Shown here in pieces: positions 14,389-25,012 of a DNA stretch of 32,884 bases. The stretch lies in IMG/VR virus record IMGVR_UViG_3300022844_000012, positions 1 to 32,884 of that record; one strand, given 5' to 3'. Each line of letters starts with the position of its first letter. Within the stretch, counting starts at the first letter, position 1. A model generated the notes under the pieces. That model ran no database searches, had not been told where the DNA came from, and saw only the letters and a list, made by a program, of their open reading frames with translations. The stretch comes from a virus (taxonomy: Duplodnaviria; Caudoviricetes). The translations under genes and the position numbers were made by a program.

Positions 14389-15790
14389 TTATCAGCAAGG
14401 TGTTTGGGACTATCTAGGCAATGGTGGTCGTCATGCTGAACTTATCTGGCATCGTCGTGCAGGTAAGGATGATATAGCCCTTCGTCATGCTGGCTGTGAA
14501 ATGCTCACAACCCCTGCTAACTATTGGCATATGCTGCCTAAGTCTAACCAGGTGCGTAAAGCCATTTGGGAAGCGGTTAATCCTCATACGGGTATTCGAC
14601 GGATTAAAGAAGCCTTCCCGCCTGAGTTATTCAACTACCGTGAAACCGATATGGTCGTGTCGTGTAAGAAGAACTCTTCTACATGGCAATGTCTTGGTTC
14701 TGATAACTATGAAGGCGCTGTAGGATCGACACCCAAGGGAATTGTCTATTCTGAGTGGGCATTGGCTAACCCTGCTGCTCGCGGTTATTTGCGACCGATT
14801 ATTGCTGAAAACAATGGCTGGCAAATCTTTGTTGGCACACCTCGGGGTAAGAATCATGCCTACCAAACTTTCAAAGCATCACAAAAGCGCAAAGCCGCCT
14901 ACTCGGAAATCCTCACGATCCACGACACCGGAGTGCTCAGCCCGTCACAGCTTATTGAAGAACTTGAAGAATACATCTCGACCTATGGTGAGGACTACGG
15001 ACTAGCCCTTTATGAGCAGGAGTATGAATGTTCATTCGATTCGGCTATTTTAGGTGCTTTCTACGCCTTAGAATTCAACAAGATTGATAAACAGGAGCGT
15101 GTCCGTGATACAAAATGGAATCCCGATTACCCTGTTCATGTTGTCATGGATATTGGTCGTCGTGACGATACTGCGATGTGGTTCTTCCAAGCATATGGGG
15201 GACAACTATATATTTTGGAGTATTTCGCTGCTTCTGGTCGCGACCCTTCTTTTTATATGGGGGTCGTGGCTGGCCGTGGGTGTAACGTAGACATTATCGA
15301 CGGTCACTGTAAGGTTTCATGGGGTGATACGAACGATTTTGCTGAACACTCGCTTTGGGACATAGCTTCTATCTGGATGCCACATGATGCCAGGGCGAAG
15401 AAGTTTGATACTCTAAAGACGGGTGAAGAACAGTTTGCGGCGGGCTTTGGATGGGGTAAAGTCCATATTGTCTCGAATATCTCAATTCAGGACGGTATTA
15501 ATGCGGGGCGTATGGCACTAAACTACGCTCAGTTTGATGAAGACAAGACGCACGATGGCTTAGAAGCTCTTAGGTCTTATCATCGTGAGTGGGATGATTC
15601 AAAGAAGATATTTAAGCAGACAGCAGAGCATGATTGGTCTAGCCACGGTGCTGATGCTTGGCGATATTTGGGGGTAGTTTGGAGTCAGGATCGTCTTCCT
15701 GCTGAAAAAGCACCCATGAAGACCAACTTAGACCGATCATTTAACAACTTGGTCGAGTCAAACAAGAAGCGGAGGCTAGGCAATGAGTAG
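14345..15790 (+). CDS. terL: terminase large subunit
   Basis: WKPRDYQ, WHRRAGKD Walker A, IVYSEW Walker B variant, GTPRGKNH, MDIGRRDDTA and HDWSSHGADAWRY nuclease motifs. Exact start uncertain. Confidence 0.96.
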   Translation: MLLRLDYPVNWKPRDYQQGVWDYLGNGGRHAELIWHRRAGKDDIALRHAGCEMLTTPANYWHMLPKSNQVRKAIWEAVNPHTGIRRIKEAFPPELFNYRETDMVVSCKKNSSTWQCLGSDNYEGAVGSTPKGIVYSEWALANPAARGYLRPIIAENNGWQIFVGTPRGKNHAYQTFKASQKRKAAYSEILTIHDTGVLSPSQLIEELEEYISTYGEDYGLALYEQEYECSFDSAILGAFYALEFNKIDKQERVRDTKWNPDYPVHVVMDIGRRDDTAMWFFQAYGGQLYILEYFAASGRDPSFYMGVVAGRGCNVDIIDGHCKVSWGDTNDFAEHSLWDIASIWMPHDARAKKFDTLKTGEEQFAAGFGWGKVHIVSNISIQDGINAGRMALNYAQFDEDKTHDGLEALRSYHREWDDSKKIFKQTAEHDWSSHGADAWRYLGVVWSQDRLPAEKAPMKTNLDRSFNNLVESNKKRRLGNE

Positions 15791-16070
15791 GGAGTGGAAG
15801 TACGCGGTTGTAGATTTATCGACCAACTCAACAACGGTGAGTGATGTGCCTTGCATAGTTAAAGGGTTCTACGTGAATACCACTATGTCTGCCCATGAAT
15901 GCCTGATTAAAGATGATACAACGCCCGTTATTAGAATCCCTGCGTCTACTGCTGCTGCTGCTGCCAGTGATTTTGACCAACTGAGGTTTGAAACTAGCCT
16001 TGTGGTCGACCCTGACGACTCTGCCACTGGTGAACTGCTGATTATGTTTGATCAGATGGAACAGATATGA
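15783..16070 (+). CDS. small beta-rich hypothetical protein
   Basis: GGAGG RBS, lies between terL and portal. Confidence 0.75.
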   Translation: MSREWKYAVVDLSTNSTTVSDVPCIVKGFYVNTTMSAHECLIKDDTTPVIRIPASTAAAAASDFDQLRFETSLVVDPDDSATGELLIMFDQMEQI

Positions 16071-16100
16071 GTATTACTTCAGGCGATACCCAGGAGAATT

Positions 16101-16394
16101 ATGGACATTATTGAGACTATCACGCATCCGATTAGAGCAATTGTTCACCTTAAAGAAGATGAGGATCGAGCGGTTGCGACATTGACTAGATTGCCTTTAT
16201 TTCAGGTAGTGTTGCCTTCTGACCCACAGTTTTACTCTCCAACAGGCGATTATATCCGTCTGAATTTTGAGAATGACTCGATGGGCAACCCTATGAACGA
16301 GCTTCATGGGTGGTTTAAGGTAGAATCTATTATTATTGACGAAGTTCTTGAAGAATACGTCGAACAAGAGTGGGTAGAAACTGCAAATGGATGA
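16101..16394 (+). CDS. hypothetical protein
   Basis: AGGAG RBS, overlaps the portal start. Confidence 0.75.
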   Translation: MDIIETITHPIRAIVHLKEDEDRAVATLTRLPLFQVVLPSDPQFYSPTGDYIRLNFENDSMGNPMNELHGWFKVESIIIDEVLEEYVEQEWVETANG

Positions 16395-18483
16395 GAATGA
16401 AGACAAGCCCCTAGACGGGCCGCAACAGGCGAAGAAATGGGCCAAAGAGATCGACTTATCGAAAAAACGCGATGAGGACTACCTGAAAGAAGGTAAAACG
16501 ATCAATAAGCGGTATAGAAATGAGGCGAAAGCTGCCGATAGAGGCAGTAATTCTCAAGGTGGGGCTTCTCAACAGTTCAATATCCTATGGGCTAATACTG
16601 AAACCATCTGCCCTGCTCTATACGCACAAAGCCCTAGACCCGATATTCGTCGCAGGAATGGCAGTCAAGAAGCTGCATCACTCACGGCCGCAGAGATTTT
16701 AGAACGAGCGTCCACTTATACCTTTGAAATGGCCGATTTTGACAACTATATGCTGTCATCTGTTAAGGATATGCAGTTGCCAGGTCGAGGTTCTTTAAGG
16801 CTTCACTATGAGGCCAAGTTTGAGCAAGTAGAAGACGAAGAAGGTGAAATGGTTGATGGGGAGGTAACTTCCGAAGAAGTCTATTACTCTAGTATTGATT
16901 GGGATTGCCTGTTGCTTGGCCCTGCCGAACGATGGGAAGACCTACCTTGGCTGGCTATTAAGCACAAATTCGACAAAGAGGCGGTTAAGAAGCAATTTCC
17001 AGACTTTGCTGACAAGGTAAACTACTCAGAGACTCAAAAGGGCGAGAATCAGGACGATGATGAGAATGCACGTGTTGAGCCTGAAGCGGTATTTTGGGAG
17101 ATTCTGGACAAAGATACTCGTCAAGTTCTCTGGTACGCGGAAGATTATAGAGACTCATTAGTTAAGGTCGTTGACGATCCTTGGGGATTTAAAGACTTTT
17201 GGCCGCTACCAAAGCCGCTTTATGCGTTTGCTTCGACAACCTCAATGGTGCCGGTGGCAGAGTTTCTTCAATATGACGTTCTTGCCGATCAACTAGAGGA
17301 TATTACTGTTCGTATGGGCCGTATTATCAGGGCTATACGGGTGCGAGGTATTTACGACTCCACTATGTCTGAGCTAGGAAAGCTCTTTGATGGTGGTGAT
17401 AATCAGATGATACCTGCTGAAAACCTCTCAAGACTGATTGATAACGGCGGTTTAGAGAAATCGATATGGATGTTCCCCAATAACGACTTGGTGAACGTGC
17501 TTCAACAACTTTGGCAATCGCGCCAGCAGTTAATTCAGCAAATTTACGAGATTACCGGCATTTCAGACATTCTACGGGGCCAATCTAACCCTAACGAGAC
17601 TTTGGGCGCTCAACAGATAAAGGCCAACTTTGGCTCTCAGAGATTGTCATCAAAGCAAAAGGAAGTGCAGAAATACGCTCGGGATACGTTGAGAATGACT
17701 TGCGAGCTAATTGCAGAGAAGTTCTCGATTGAAACTCTGAAAGGCATGACTTCAGTTGAATTAATGACTGAAGAAGAAAAGATGATGCAGATCCAGCAGT
17801 TTCAGATGCAGCAACAACAACAGATGCAAGCCGCACAACAGCAACCACCTCAACCTGGTCAACAACCTCCGCAACCACAACAGCCACCTGAAGAACTGGT
17901 TAACGCTGTTACGTGGGAGAAAGTTAAGCAGTTGATGGAGAATGAGCTACTTCGCAATTATCTGATCGACATTGAGACTGATTCAACGATTGAAGCTGAT
18001 CAATCTGCTGACCAACAAGCCCTATCGTCTATGCTTCAGGGTATTTCGCAGTTTGGAGCCAATGTAGGCCCATTACTGGAATCGGGTATTTTGTCCAAAG
18101 ATGCGGCAAAACAACTATTAGTCTCCATGCTCAGGCGCTTTAAGTTAGGCCGTGAGGTAGAAGAAGCTATTGATCAGCCTATTGAAGAAACTCCTGATGA
18201 AGATGCAGGGGCGAAACAGGCCGAACAGCAAGCTCAACAGATGGAAATTCAGAAATCTCAGGCTGAAATGCAGTCTAGGATGCAGGAACTTGAAATGAAG
18301 GGTCAGCAACAGCAGCAGCACATGCAGTCTGAAATGCAAAAAATGCAGATGCAGGGGCAGCAAGACCAGATGGCTCATCAGGCTAAGATTAAAGAAATCG
18401 AGATGAAAATGGTTCAGGATCGTGAAAAGCACCAGTTTGAGATGCGATCTTTAGCGGTTAAGGAGAATCAAGTTGGCAAGTAA
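16387..18483 (+). CDS. portal protein (podovirus type)
   Basis: 698 aa. FNILWANTE...PALY, IYEITGISDILRG...ETLGAQQIK motifs and a Q/M-rich C-terminal coiled coil. Confidence 0.92.
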   Translation: MDENEDKPLDGPQQAKKWAKEIDLSKKRDEDYLKEGKTINKRYRNEAKAADRGSNSQGGASQQFNILWANTETICPALYAQSPRPDIRRRNGSQEAASLTAAEILERASTYTFEMADFDNYMLSSVKDMQLPGRGSLRLHYEAKFEQVEDEEGEMVDGEVTSEEVYYSSIDWDCLLLGPAERWEDLPWLAIKHKFDKEAVKKQFPDFADKVNYSETQKGENQDDDENARVEPEAVFWEILDKDTRQVLWYAEDYRDSLVKVVDDPWGFKDFWPLPKPLYAFASTTSMVPVAEFLQYDVLADQLEDITVRMGRIIRAIRVRGIYDSTMSELGKLFDGGDNQMIPAENLSRLIDNGGLEKSIWMFPNNDLVNVLQQLWQSRQQLIQQIYEITGISDILRGQSNPNETLGAQQIKANFGSQRLSSKQKEVQKYARDTLRMTCELIAEKFSIETLKGMTSVELMTEEEKMMQIQQFQMQQQQQMQAAQQQPPQPGQQPPQPQQPPEELVNAVTWEKVKQLMENELLRNYLIDIETDSTIEADQSADQQALSSMLQGISQFGANVGPLLESGILSKDAAKQLLVSMLRRFKLGREVEEAIDQPIEETPDEDAGAKQAEQQAQQMEIQKSQAEMQSRMQELEMKGQQQQQHMQSEMQKMQMQGQQDQMAHQAKIKEIEMKMVQDREKHQFEMRSLAVKENQVGK

Positions 18484-18760
18484 GCGTAATGAGAAGTTTC
18501 TATTAACCCGCTTGAAGTCTATGTATGGCGAGGACTTTGACCCGATCATTCAGATTGCCGAGAACGCTGCTCGACTACAAGCGGCGATAATGAAGCGTAT
18601 TGAAGATGGTGCTGCTGATTCCGACTTATCTGCCTTGATCGAAGCTAACAAGGAATGGGAGCGTATGGCTCAGTTCACGCATCCTAAACTCAAGTCTGTT
18701 GAGCATACGGCTGAAGACGGGTTCTTTGAGGTACATATTCATAAAGGCGGTGATAAATGA
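18473..18760 (+). CDS. putative terminase small subunit-like protein
   Basis: FLLTRLKSMYGEDFDPI...AQFTHPKLKSVEH resembles helical TerS-like proteins I recall directly upstream of terL. TTG start. Confidence 0.55.
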   Translation: MASKRNEKFLLTRLKSMYGEDFDPIIQIAENAARLQAAIMKRIEDGAADSDLSALIEANKEWERMAQFTHPKLKSVEHTAEDGFFEVHIHKGGDK

Positions 18761-19260
18761 GCAAGGGTTCAGGGCGCAGGCCAAGGGCAATCTCTCTAGC
18801 TGATGAAGCATCTAAATGGGAGGCTGCATTCGGTAAACGGGGTGAGAACGAAGACCTAGACTCTGAAACCCAAGCAGTTCGGTACAAACAAGACCCCAAG
18901 AGCGGGAAGTTAGTGCCTGACTTTATGTGGGCGCAGTACGATATGTTGCCCCGAGAAACGGTCAAAACAGCCTTTATACAGCGCGATACCACTGTTGAAT
19001 ACGTTTCTGACGTTACCGGCAAGCTAGTCTCTGGTAGACGCGCTCACAGGTATGATCTTCACTCCACTGGCTCAAGAGTCTATGAAGGTCGTAAGACTGA
19101 ACAGCAAGAAGCAGACAATTACAAAGCCCACGAAGAAAAGAAGCTAATGGAGGCAATCGACAAATCTTTACCCGAGACATTAAATGATATTAAATACGGC
19201 AATAATCCACCATCAGAACAAGATAAAAACGGCGATGCCAAAATATCTTGGACGTTCTAA
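18757..19260 (+). CDS. conserved portal-adjacent hypothetical protein
   Basis: EYVSDVTGKLVSGRRAHRYDL motif, N-terminal MSKGSGRRP...FG peptide. Confidence 0.75.
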   Translation: MSKGSGRRPRAISLADEASKWEAAFGKRGENEDLDSETQAVRYKQDPKSGKLVPDFMWAQYDMLPRETVKTAFIQRDTTVEYVSDVTGKLVSGRRAHRYDLHSTGSRVYEGRKTEQQEADNYKAHEEKKLMEAIDKSLPETLNDIKYGNNPPSEQDKNGDAKISWTF

Positions 19261-19275
19261 CAGCGGAGTACACCT

Positions 19276-20283
19276 ATGCCAGAACAAAGTCTCGACGAAT
19301 CAATGGAAGAAACCCTAGCCGACATTAAAGGTCGTGCTGAAGAAGAAGTCGAAGAAGAAATCGTTGGTGAAGTCGTAGATGAGCCTGTTGCTGAGGTAGA
19401 AGCTCCTGTTGAAGAACCTGTATCAGAAACTCCTGTCGAGGAAGTTGAAGAAGAACCTGTATTTGAAGATCCCTCCATTGCCAATCCTCCTTCAACCTGG
19501 CGTGCGGCCGCAAAATCCAAATGGGGCGCTCTCGATCCCGAAGTCAGGGCTGAGATTAGAAAACGTGAATTAGACGTATCTAACGGGTTTTCTCAATATA
19601 AGCAGAAAGTAGACGAATTCAACGAGATTGAGGCTGTTACCAAGCCTTATGAGCAGATGATTAGGGGCGAGAATAGCTCGACGAAAGAGGTTGTAGGCGC
19701 TATGCTGCAATCTGCATACATCGTCAGGCATGGTCAGCCTAGCCAAAAAGTACAGATGGTGGCTAGATTAGCCAATGACTATGGCTTTATTAATGATCTT
19801 CGGGCATATTTGACTCAAGGAGCGATTCCGCAGCAACAACAGCCGCAAGGTATGAGTGCTGATGAGGTAAGAACTTTACTTCAACAGGATCGACAGGAAA
19901 GCGAACAGAAGCGTCAGGATTACGAAGTTACCCAACAGGTAAGTAGTTTTCAGAACGCTCAAAACGAAGACGGGACGTTAGTTCATCCCTACTTTGAGAA
20001 CGTGCGGCCCTTGATGGCTGCAATGATTGAAGCTAATCCAAGTCTAGGTTTGGAGGACGCTTACAATAACGCATTATGGGCTAGTGATGAGACTCGACCG
20101 TTTGTAGAACAACAAACCTCGTCCCAATCGCAAGCTAAGGCGCATACGGAGAAAGCGAAGAAGGCTTCACAAGCCAATATTCGTAAAAAATCTTCTCATG
20201 CTGCCGAACAGCCAGAACCCACAGGAAGCGTTGAAGATACAATGGCTGAGACTATGAGAAAAATTAAGTCTCGAAACAATTAA
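19276..20283 (+). CDS. capsid scaffolding protein
   Basis: Acidic N-terminus, PPSTW...W..L...VRAEIRKRE motif, helical, directly before the capsid gene. Confidence 0.8.
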   Translation: MPEQSLDESMEETLADIKGRAEEEVEEEIVGEVVDEPVAEVEAPVEEPVSETPVEEVEEEPVFEDPSIANPPSTWRAAAKSKWGALDPEVRAEIRKRELDVSNGFSQYKQKVDEFNEIEAVTKPYEQMIRGENSSTKEVVGAMLQSAYIVRHGQPSQKVQMVARLANDYGFINDLRAYLTQGAIPQQQQPQGMSADEVRTLLQQDRQESEQKRQDYEVTQQVSSFQNAQNEDGTLVHPYFENVRPLMAAMIEANPSLGLEDAYNNALWASDETRPFVEQQTSSQSQAKAHTEKAKKASQANIRKKSSHAAEQPEPTGSVEDTMAETMRKIKSRNN

Positions 20284-20302
20284 ATGATCTTGTGAGGTAT
20301 TT

Positions 20303-21289
20303 ATGACTTCCCCAAATAGTACGTTTTCGGAGCTAGTCACCACTACGTTCCGTAAGCACCAAGGCAGTTTTGCCGATAACGTGAGCAACAACAATGCTCT
20401 GTTAGGCAGAATGAAGACGAAGGGCCGAACTGAGAAAGTTGATGGCGGTCTTTCAATCGTTGAAGAACTGGACTATGCCGAGAATGGCACGTACCAGCGT
20501 TATTCAGGTTATGACTCTCTGGATATTTCTGCATCTGATGTTCTTTCTGCTGCTGAATACAACTGGAAGCAATCTGCGGTCCATATCACGGCTTCTGGTC
20601 GAGAACTGCGAATTAACTCTGGTGATTCTCAAATTACCAACCTGGCTAAGTCTCGTTTAAAGAACGCCATGCGAACCTACGCAAACAGCATGTCTACAGA
20701 TATTTATTCTGATGGATCTGCTTCAAATCAGATTAACGGGCTTCAGTCCATTATCCCTGATACTGCTGGTGGCACGCTTGGTGGCATTGATGGCGATACT
20801 TACACGTTCTGGCAAGCTGTAGTTCAGTCTGCTGCTGCACCGATTTCTGGTAGCGCAATTACTCTTTCTACAACAACCTTTGAACAGCCATTCTTGCAAC
20901 AACTTTGGCTCCAACTGGTTCGCGGCGTGGACAAGCCTGATTTGCTTGTTATGTCTAACGACTACTACACCTTCTTTGAAGGCTCTCAGGTGTCTCTAAA
21001 GCGTTACACTTCCGATACTGACCGATCTGCGGATTCTGCCAGTGCTGGTTTTGTTTCACTGAAGTATAAGACTGCTGACGTAGTATTTGACGGTGGTTCC
21101 GGTATTTCTTCTGCTCATGGTTATGCCTTGAACACAGATTACCTCAAGCTCGTTTGTCACACTGATGCCAACATGACTGAAGTTGATGAGCAACGAGCAA
21201 TCAATCAGGACGCGGTTGTTATCCCAATTATTTGGATGGGTAACATGTGTTGTTCTAACCGTTCACTTCAAGGCGTGCTGAAAGCATAA
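20303..21289 (+). CDS. major capsid protein
   Basis: 328 aa, GAGGT RBS. ADNVSNNNALL, YSGYD.L, AEYNWKQ, INGLQ, NRSLQGVL motifs. Confidence 0.92.
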   Translation: MTSPNSTFSELVTTTFRKHQGSFADNVSNNNALLGRMKTKGRTEKVDGGLSIVEELDYAENGTYQRYSGYDSLDISASDVLSAAEYNWKQSAVHITASGRELRINSGDSQITNLAKSRLKNAMRTYANSMSTDIYSDGSASNQINGLQSIIPDTAGGTLGGIDGDTYTFWQAVVQSAAAPISGSAITLSTTTFEQPFLQQLWLQLVRGVDKPDLLVMSNDYYTFFEGSQVSLKRYTSDTDRSADSASAGFVSLKYKTADVVFDGGSGISSAHGYALNTDYLKLVCHTDANMTEVDEQRAINQDAVVIPIIWMGNMCCSNRSLQGVLKA

Positions 21290-21299
21290 GGAGATAGTT

Positions 21300-21776
21300 A
21301 TGAGTGGATTAATTGGTGTACAACTGACTAGCGTTGATTCCACGGCTCAGTTCGCTGAAGGTCTTATTGATCAGCACTATGACGGTAAAGTTTACAAGTA
21401 CGTGAAAGTTCGTAATGAGACTGCAACTGTTGCCGGTGAAGCTGGTGACGTTGTTGGGTATCTAGGATCTCCTAGTGCTACCGAGAGCAACACTGTTGTA
21501 ACTGACAATACTGATGCGGCTACTAAGCCTGTTGGTGCTGGCGTGTTACTCGCTGATGTTGCTGGTGTTCTAGCGACCTCTTACTTCTGTTGGGTGCAGA
21601 TTCGCGGCCCATTTACAGCAAATCAGGATCTAGCGGATACGCCTGCTGATGGTGATGCGCTGTTCTTGTCTACCACGGATATGACTCTAACTCTCGCTAC
21701 TGCTGCTGATGATCCTGTCTGCGCTTATGCGATTGATGACTCTACTGATAAATGTATGGCTGCTTTTGCCTTCTAA
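21300..21776 (+). CDS. capsid decoration/cement protein
   Basis: Follows the capsid gene, AAGGAG RBS, G..YKYV and YFCWVQI.G motifs, Ala/Thr-rich. Confidence 0.7.
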   Translation: MSGLIGVQLTSVDSTAQFAEGLIDQHYDGKVYKYVKVRNETATVAGEAGDVVGYLGSPSATESNTVVTDNTDAATKPVGAGVLLADVAGVLATSYFCWVQIRGPFTANQDLADTPADGDALFLSTTDMTLTLATAADDPVCAYAIDDSTDKCMAAFAF

Positions 21777-21788
21777 TATCAGTTAGGA

Positions 21789-21830
21789 AAATATGGCTCC
21801 TTGGATGATGGTCTGAGGGGCTATTTTTTC
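21789..21830 (+). terminator. intrinsic terminator after the head genes
   Basis: GGCTCCTT/GAGGGGCT stem followed by ATTTTTT. Confidence 0.55.
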
Positions 21831-21883
21831 GCCCCATGAAAGTATAAAGTGACTTTTTATTACACACTAATAGGAACCATTCT

Positions 21884-22756
21884 ATGAGCATGATGGACAC
21901 ACCTCAGATCGACGCTACAACAGCAGAGCAGATTGCGCGTAATGGCGGTAAAGGGCTTCAAGAGGACGATCCACCCCTATTGAGGTTTGTTGAGGATACA
22001 GTTGTTGATACAAATGCGACTGAAAAGCAGGGTAGAACGGTCTATTTGCCTCAAGTGAAGGTGTTTATCCGCGCTATTGGCGATACCAAGTGCGAAACGC
22101 CTGATATTGTTGAAGGCTGGCGGGTAGAAGAAAAGCTCATTGAGAAGACCCGTAAGAAGAAAGTCTACCGAACACGCGAAGTTGAAGGTCAGGTTCGTGA
22201 GATTGAGGAAGAAATTGACGAACGTTATGAGGAGTCATACTTCTTCAACGTCCCGTATACGCCCTGGTTCGATAAGATCAAAGAGCGTCTGCATCACGGT
22301 CATATCTCTCAACGTTATTCTGATGCTTGCCACGCGGCTTACACTCGCTGGAAAGAGAAGCATTCTGACCCTATCGACGGTACTCCGGTCATTAGTTGGA
22401 ACATGGTAAACATGGCTCAACAGAAGAATATGGTTGATTTGGGCGTTGTCTCGATTGAGTTAGCGGCTGAAATGAACGAAGAAACAATGGATGCTCTAGG
22501 CATGGGCGCTCGTGAGATTAAGAAGAAAGCGATCAATTATCTCAAGTCTTCTACTCAGGAAAATGCTGAAGTTGTCGCTCTTAGGGCTGAAAACGCTCTA
22601 TTGAGAGAGGAAGGCGAGTCTAAAATGTCTGCTGTCGAGCAAAAACTTGCTGATTTGCAAGAAAGAGCCGAAAATACCCCCAAGAAACGCGGCAGACCAC
22701 CTAAAGGGATAGAAGGTAATGGCACTACTGGGAATGATTCAGAAGGTAACGGCTAG
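21884..22756 (+). CDS. conserved morphogenesis-region hypothetical protein
   Basis: DGTPVISW...LGVVSIE.AAE motif, C-terminal coiled coil and KRGRPPK. Confidence 0.8.
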   Translation: MSMMDTPQIDATTAEQIARNGGKGLQEDDPPLLRFVEDTVVDTNATEKQGRTVYLPQVKVFIRAIGDTKCETPDIVEGWRVEEKLIEKTRKKKVYRTREVEGQVREIEEEIDERYEESYFFNVPYTPWFDKIKERLHHGHISQRYSDACHAAYTRWKEKHSDPIDGTPVISWNMVNMAQQKNMVDLGVVSIELAAEMNEETMDALGMGAREIKKKAINYLKSSTQENAEVVALRAENALLREEGESKMSAVEQKLADLQERAENTPKKRGRPPKGIEGNGTTGNDSEGNG

Positions 22757-23435
22757 GATAGGTATATCAACGCCTACGAACGTCATAGGCAATAGTGATT
22801 CGCAAGTCGCTCAACTTCTGGCGCTGGCACAAGAGGAAGGTGAAGATTTAAGGGCTAGGTTTCAGTGGTCGGCCCTTGTTAGAAATAACACCTTCACCAT
22901 TACTTTGGCTGCGTCCCAAGGCGCTCTAAACGGTACGGTTATCTCCGACGGGGATTATGACTACATCACTGATCAAACGATGTGGAACCGTACCACTAGC
23001 CTGCCTATCATTGGCCCGCTAAATTCAAGATCATATCAAACACTTCAAGCATTCCCTGTTACCGGCCCATATCAACAATGGATGCTGCGCGGCAAGAATC
23101 TCATTCTCGATCCTGTCCCAACATCTGCCGATACAGCGGCTTTTGGCTACTATTCAACCAGTTTTTGCGAATCCTCCGGTGGTACTGCTCAACAAGCGTG
23201 GGCTGCTGATACGGATGAAGGTCTTTTAAATGAATCTCTAATGACTTTGGGTATTCGCTGGAGATGGTTGAAAGCCAAAGGTCTTGAGTATGCAGAGGAC
23301 TTTGCGACTTATGAGCGTAGAGTGACTGATGCTATGGCTCGGGATGGTGGTAATGAGACATTGAGCCTTGAGTCTAGGGATAGAGATTATCGTCAAGCGG
23401 GCATTATTGTTCCAATTACAGGTTATGGCTCGTGA
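22719..23435 (+). CDS. head-tail adaptor protein
   Basis: Position, size, and QWSAL / LGIRWRWLKAKGLEYAEDF motifs. Confidence 0.75.
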   Translation: MALLGMIQKVTARIGISTPTNVIGNSDSQVAQLLALAQEEGEDLRARFQWSALVRNNTFTITLAASQGALNGTVISDGDYDYITDQTMWNRTTSLPIIGPLNSRSYQTLQAFPVTGPYQQWMLRGKNLILDPVPTSADTAAFGYYSTSFCESSGGTAQQAWAADTDEGLLNESLMTLGIRWRWLKAKGLEYAEDFATYERRVTDAMARDGGNETLSLESRDRDYRQAGIIVPITGYGS

Positions 23436-25012
23436 GACAGCCTGCATTTAGGAAGAAAGGTCGAGGTAGACAGGTTTCGACAGCAGCTTCCCTTCCTGCT
23501 CCTACGGGTGGTTGGAATACGCGGGATAACCTGGCAGATATGAACGAATTATATGCTGCTTCGACTGATAATTGGTTTGGTGAAACAACGGATATTCGGG
23601 TTCGCAGAGGATTTGCAGACCATGTGACGGGTGCTGGTGCGGCAATTGAAACGCTAATGCCTTATAACTCGCAGGATAGTACCCAAACACTCTTTGCTGC
23701 TGCGGGTGATTCGTTTTATGACGTTACTTCAGCGGGCGCTATAGGATCGGCGGTTCAGGGCAGTCTTTCTAACGCTCGATGGCAGTACGATAATTTCACA
23801 AACTCTGCTGGAACCTCCTATTTAACGTGTTTTAACGGTGCTGACTCACCTAGATACTGGAATGGTTCCACGTGGACAACTATTACAGGTGGTTCTTCCC
23901 CTGCTATTACGGGCGTGACGACGACTGATATTGTCAATTCCTTTGTATTTAAGCGTCGAATGTACCTGATTCTGAATAACTCGCTTTCGCTCTATTACCT
24001 CCCTGTTGACTCAGTTGGTGGTGCTACAAACAGAACCCGACTTGACGGTTACTTTGATCGTGGCGGGTATATTGTCGCTGGCGGTAGTTGGACGCTCGAC
24101 GGTGGTGACGGTATAGACGATAAATTGGTCGTTATATCCTCTGAGGGGCAGATTGCGGTGTTTAGGGGGACTAATCCATCATCTTCATCCTCATGGGCCT
24201 TAGAGGGCGTGTGGAACGTTGGAGAGCCTATTGGACGCAGATGTTTAATCAAGAAAGGAGGTGATCTACTTATTCTGACGGTGGCAGGGCTATTTCCTCT
24301 ATCTAGGGCGTTAATTTCATCCAATGATGAGAAGGCTGTAGATGAGAGCGTTTCTCTGACCTACAACATTGAACAGTCGATGAGGACTTCGGCAGAGCAA
24401 TATAAGGCCAATTATGGCTGGTCTATGTCCTACTTCCCTGGTGGCAATCAGTTATTTTTGAACGTTCCTGTAGTCGAAGGCTCTGAACAGCAACAGTACG
24501 TAATGAATACTACGACTTCATCATGGTGGCGTTTCACTGGCGTAGAAGCTAACTGTTGGGCGGTCTTTAACGAGGATCTGTACTTTGGTGGCGCGACGAC
24601 TGTCGGTAAGTTTGGTGCTGTTTTCGCTGATAATGGCGAGGATATTAGGACTAATATGAAGCAGGCGTTCTCATATCTTGGTCAGAGAGGGCGTTTAAAG
24701 CAACTTAAAGCGATGCGGCCGAACTTCTTGGCTAATGGTGTTCCGAGTGTTTCAGTGGCGTTTGCTATTGATTTCGGTGAGCAATCACCTGATACCTCTT
24801 TGAGCTTTACTCCACAATCTTCTGGTACTTGGGACTCATCCTCATGGGATGGCGGGATATGGGGCGGCGATGTTAGTGCCTTCAATGATTGGCAGACAGT
24901 TGGTGCCGTAGGTACTGCACTTAGTTTGAGGATGATCAGCCTTACAAACGGCCTAGATTGCAGATACACTTCAAGCGATATATTATACGAGAATGGCGGG
25001 GTCATTGGATAA
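23432..25012 (+). CDS. tail nozzle / packaged-DNA stabilisation protein (P22 gp10-like)
   Basis: PAPTGGWNTRD start, beta-propeller-like composition, position after the adaptor. Confidence 0.8.
   Translation: MRQPAFRKKGRGRQVSTAASLPAPTGGWNTRDNLADMNELYAASTDNWFGETTDIRVRRGFADHVTGAGAAIETLMPYNSQDSTQTLFAAAGDSFYDVTSAGAIGSAVQGSLSNARWQYDNFTNSAGTSYLTCFNGADSPRYWNGSTWTTITGGSSPAITGVTTTDIVNSFVFKRRMYLILNNSLSLYYLPVDSVGGATNRTRLDGYFDRGGYIVAGGSWTLDGGDGIDDKLVVISSEGQIAVFRGTNPSSSSSWALEGVWNVGEPIGRRCLIKKGGDLLILTVAGLFPLSRALISSNDEKAVDESVSLTYNIEQSMRTSAEQYKANYGWSMSYFPGGNQLFLNVPVVEGSEQQQYVMNTTTSSWWRFTGVEANCWAVFNEDLYFGGATTVGKFGAVFADNGEDIRTNMKQAFSYLGQRGRLKQLKAMRPNFLANGVPSVSVAFAIDFGEQSPDTSLSFTPQSSGTWDSSSWDGGIWGGDVSAFNDWQTVGAVGTALSLRMISLTNGLDCRYTSSDILYENGGVIG

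Noticed and set aside
16067-16114. Coupled mini-ORF MSITSGDTQENYGHY as another gene stub
   Set aside because: No matching full-length copy in the window and too short to assign.
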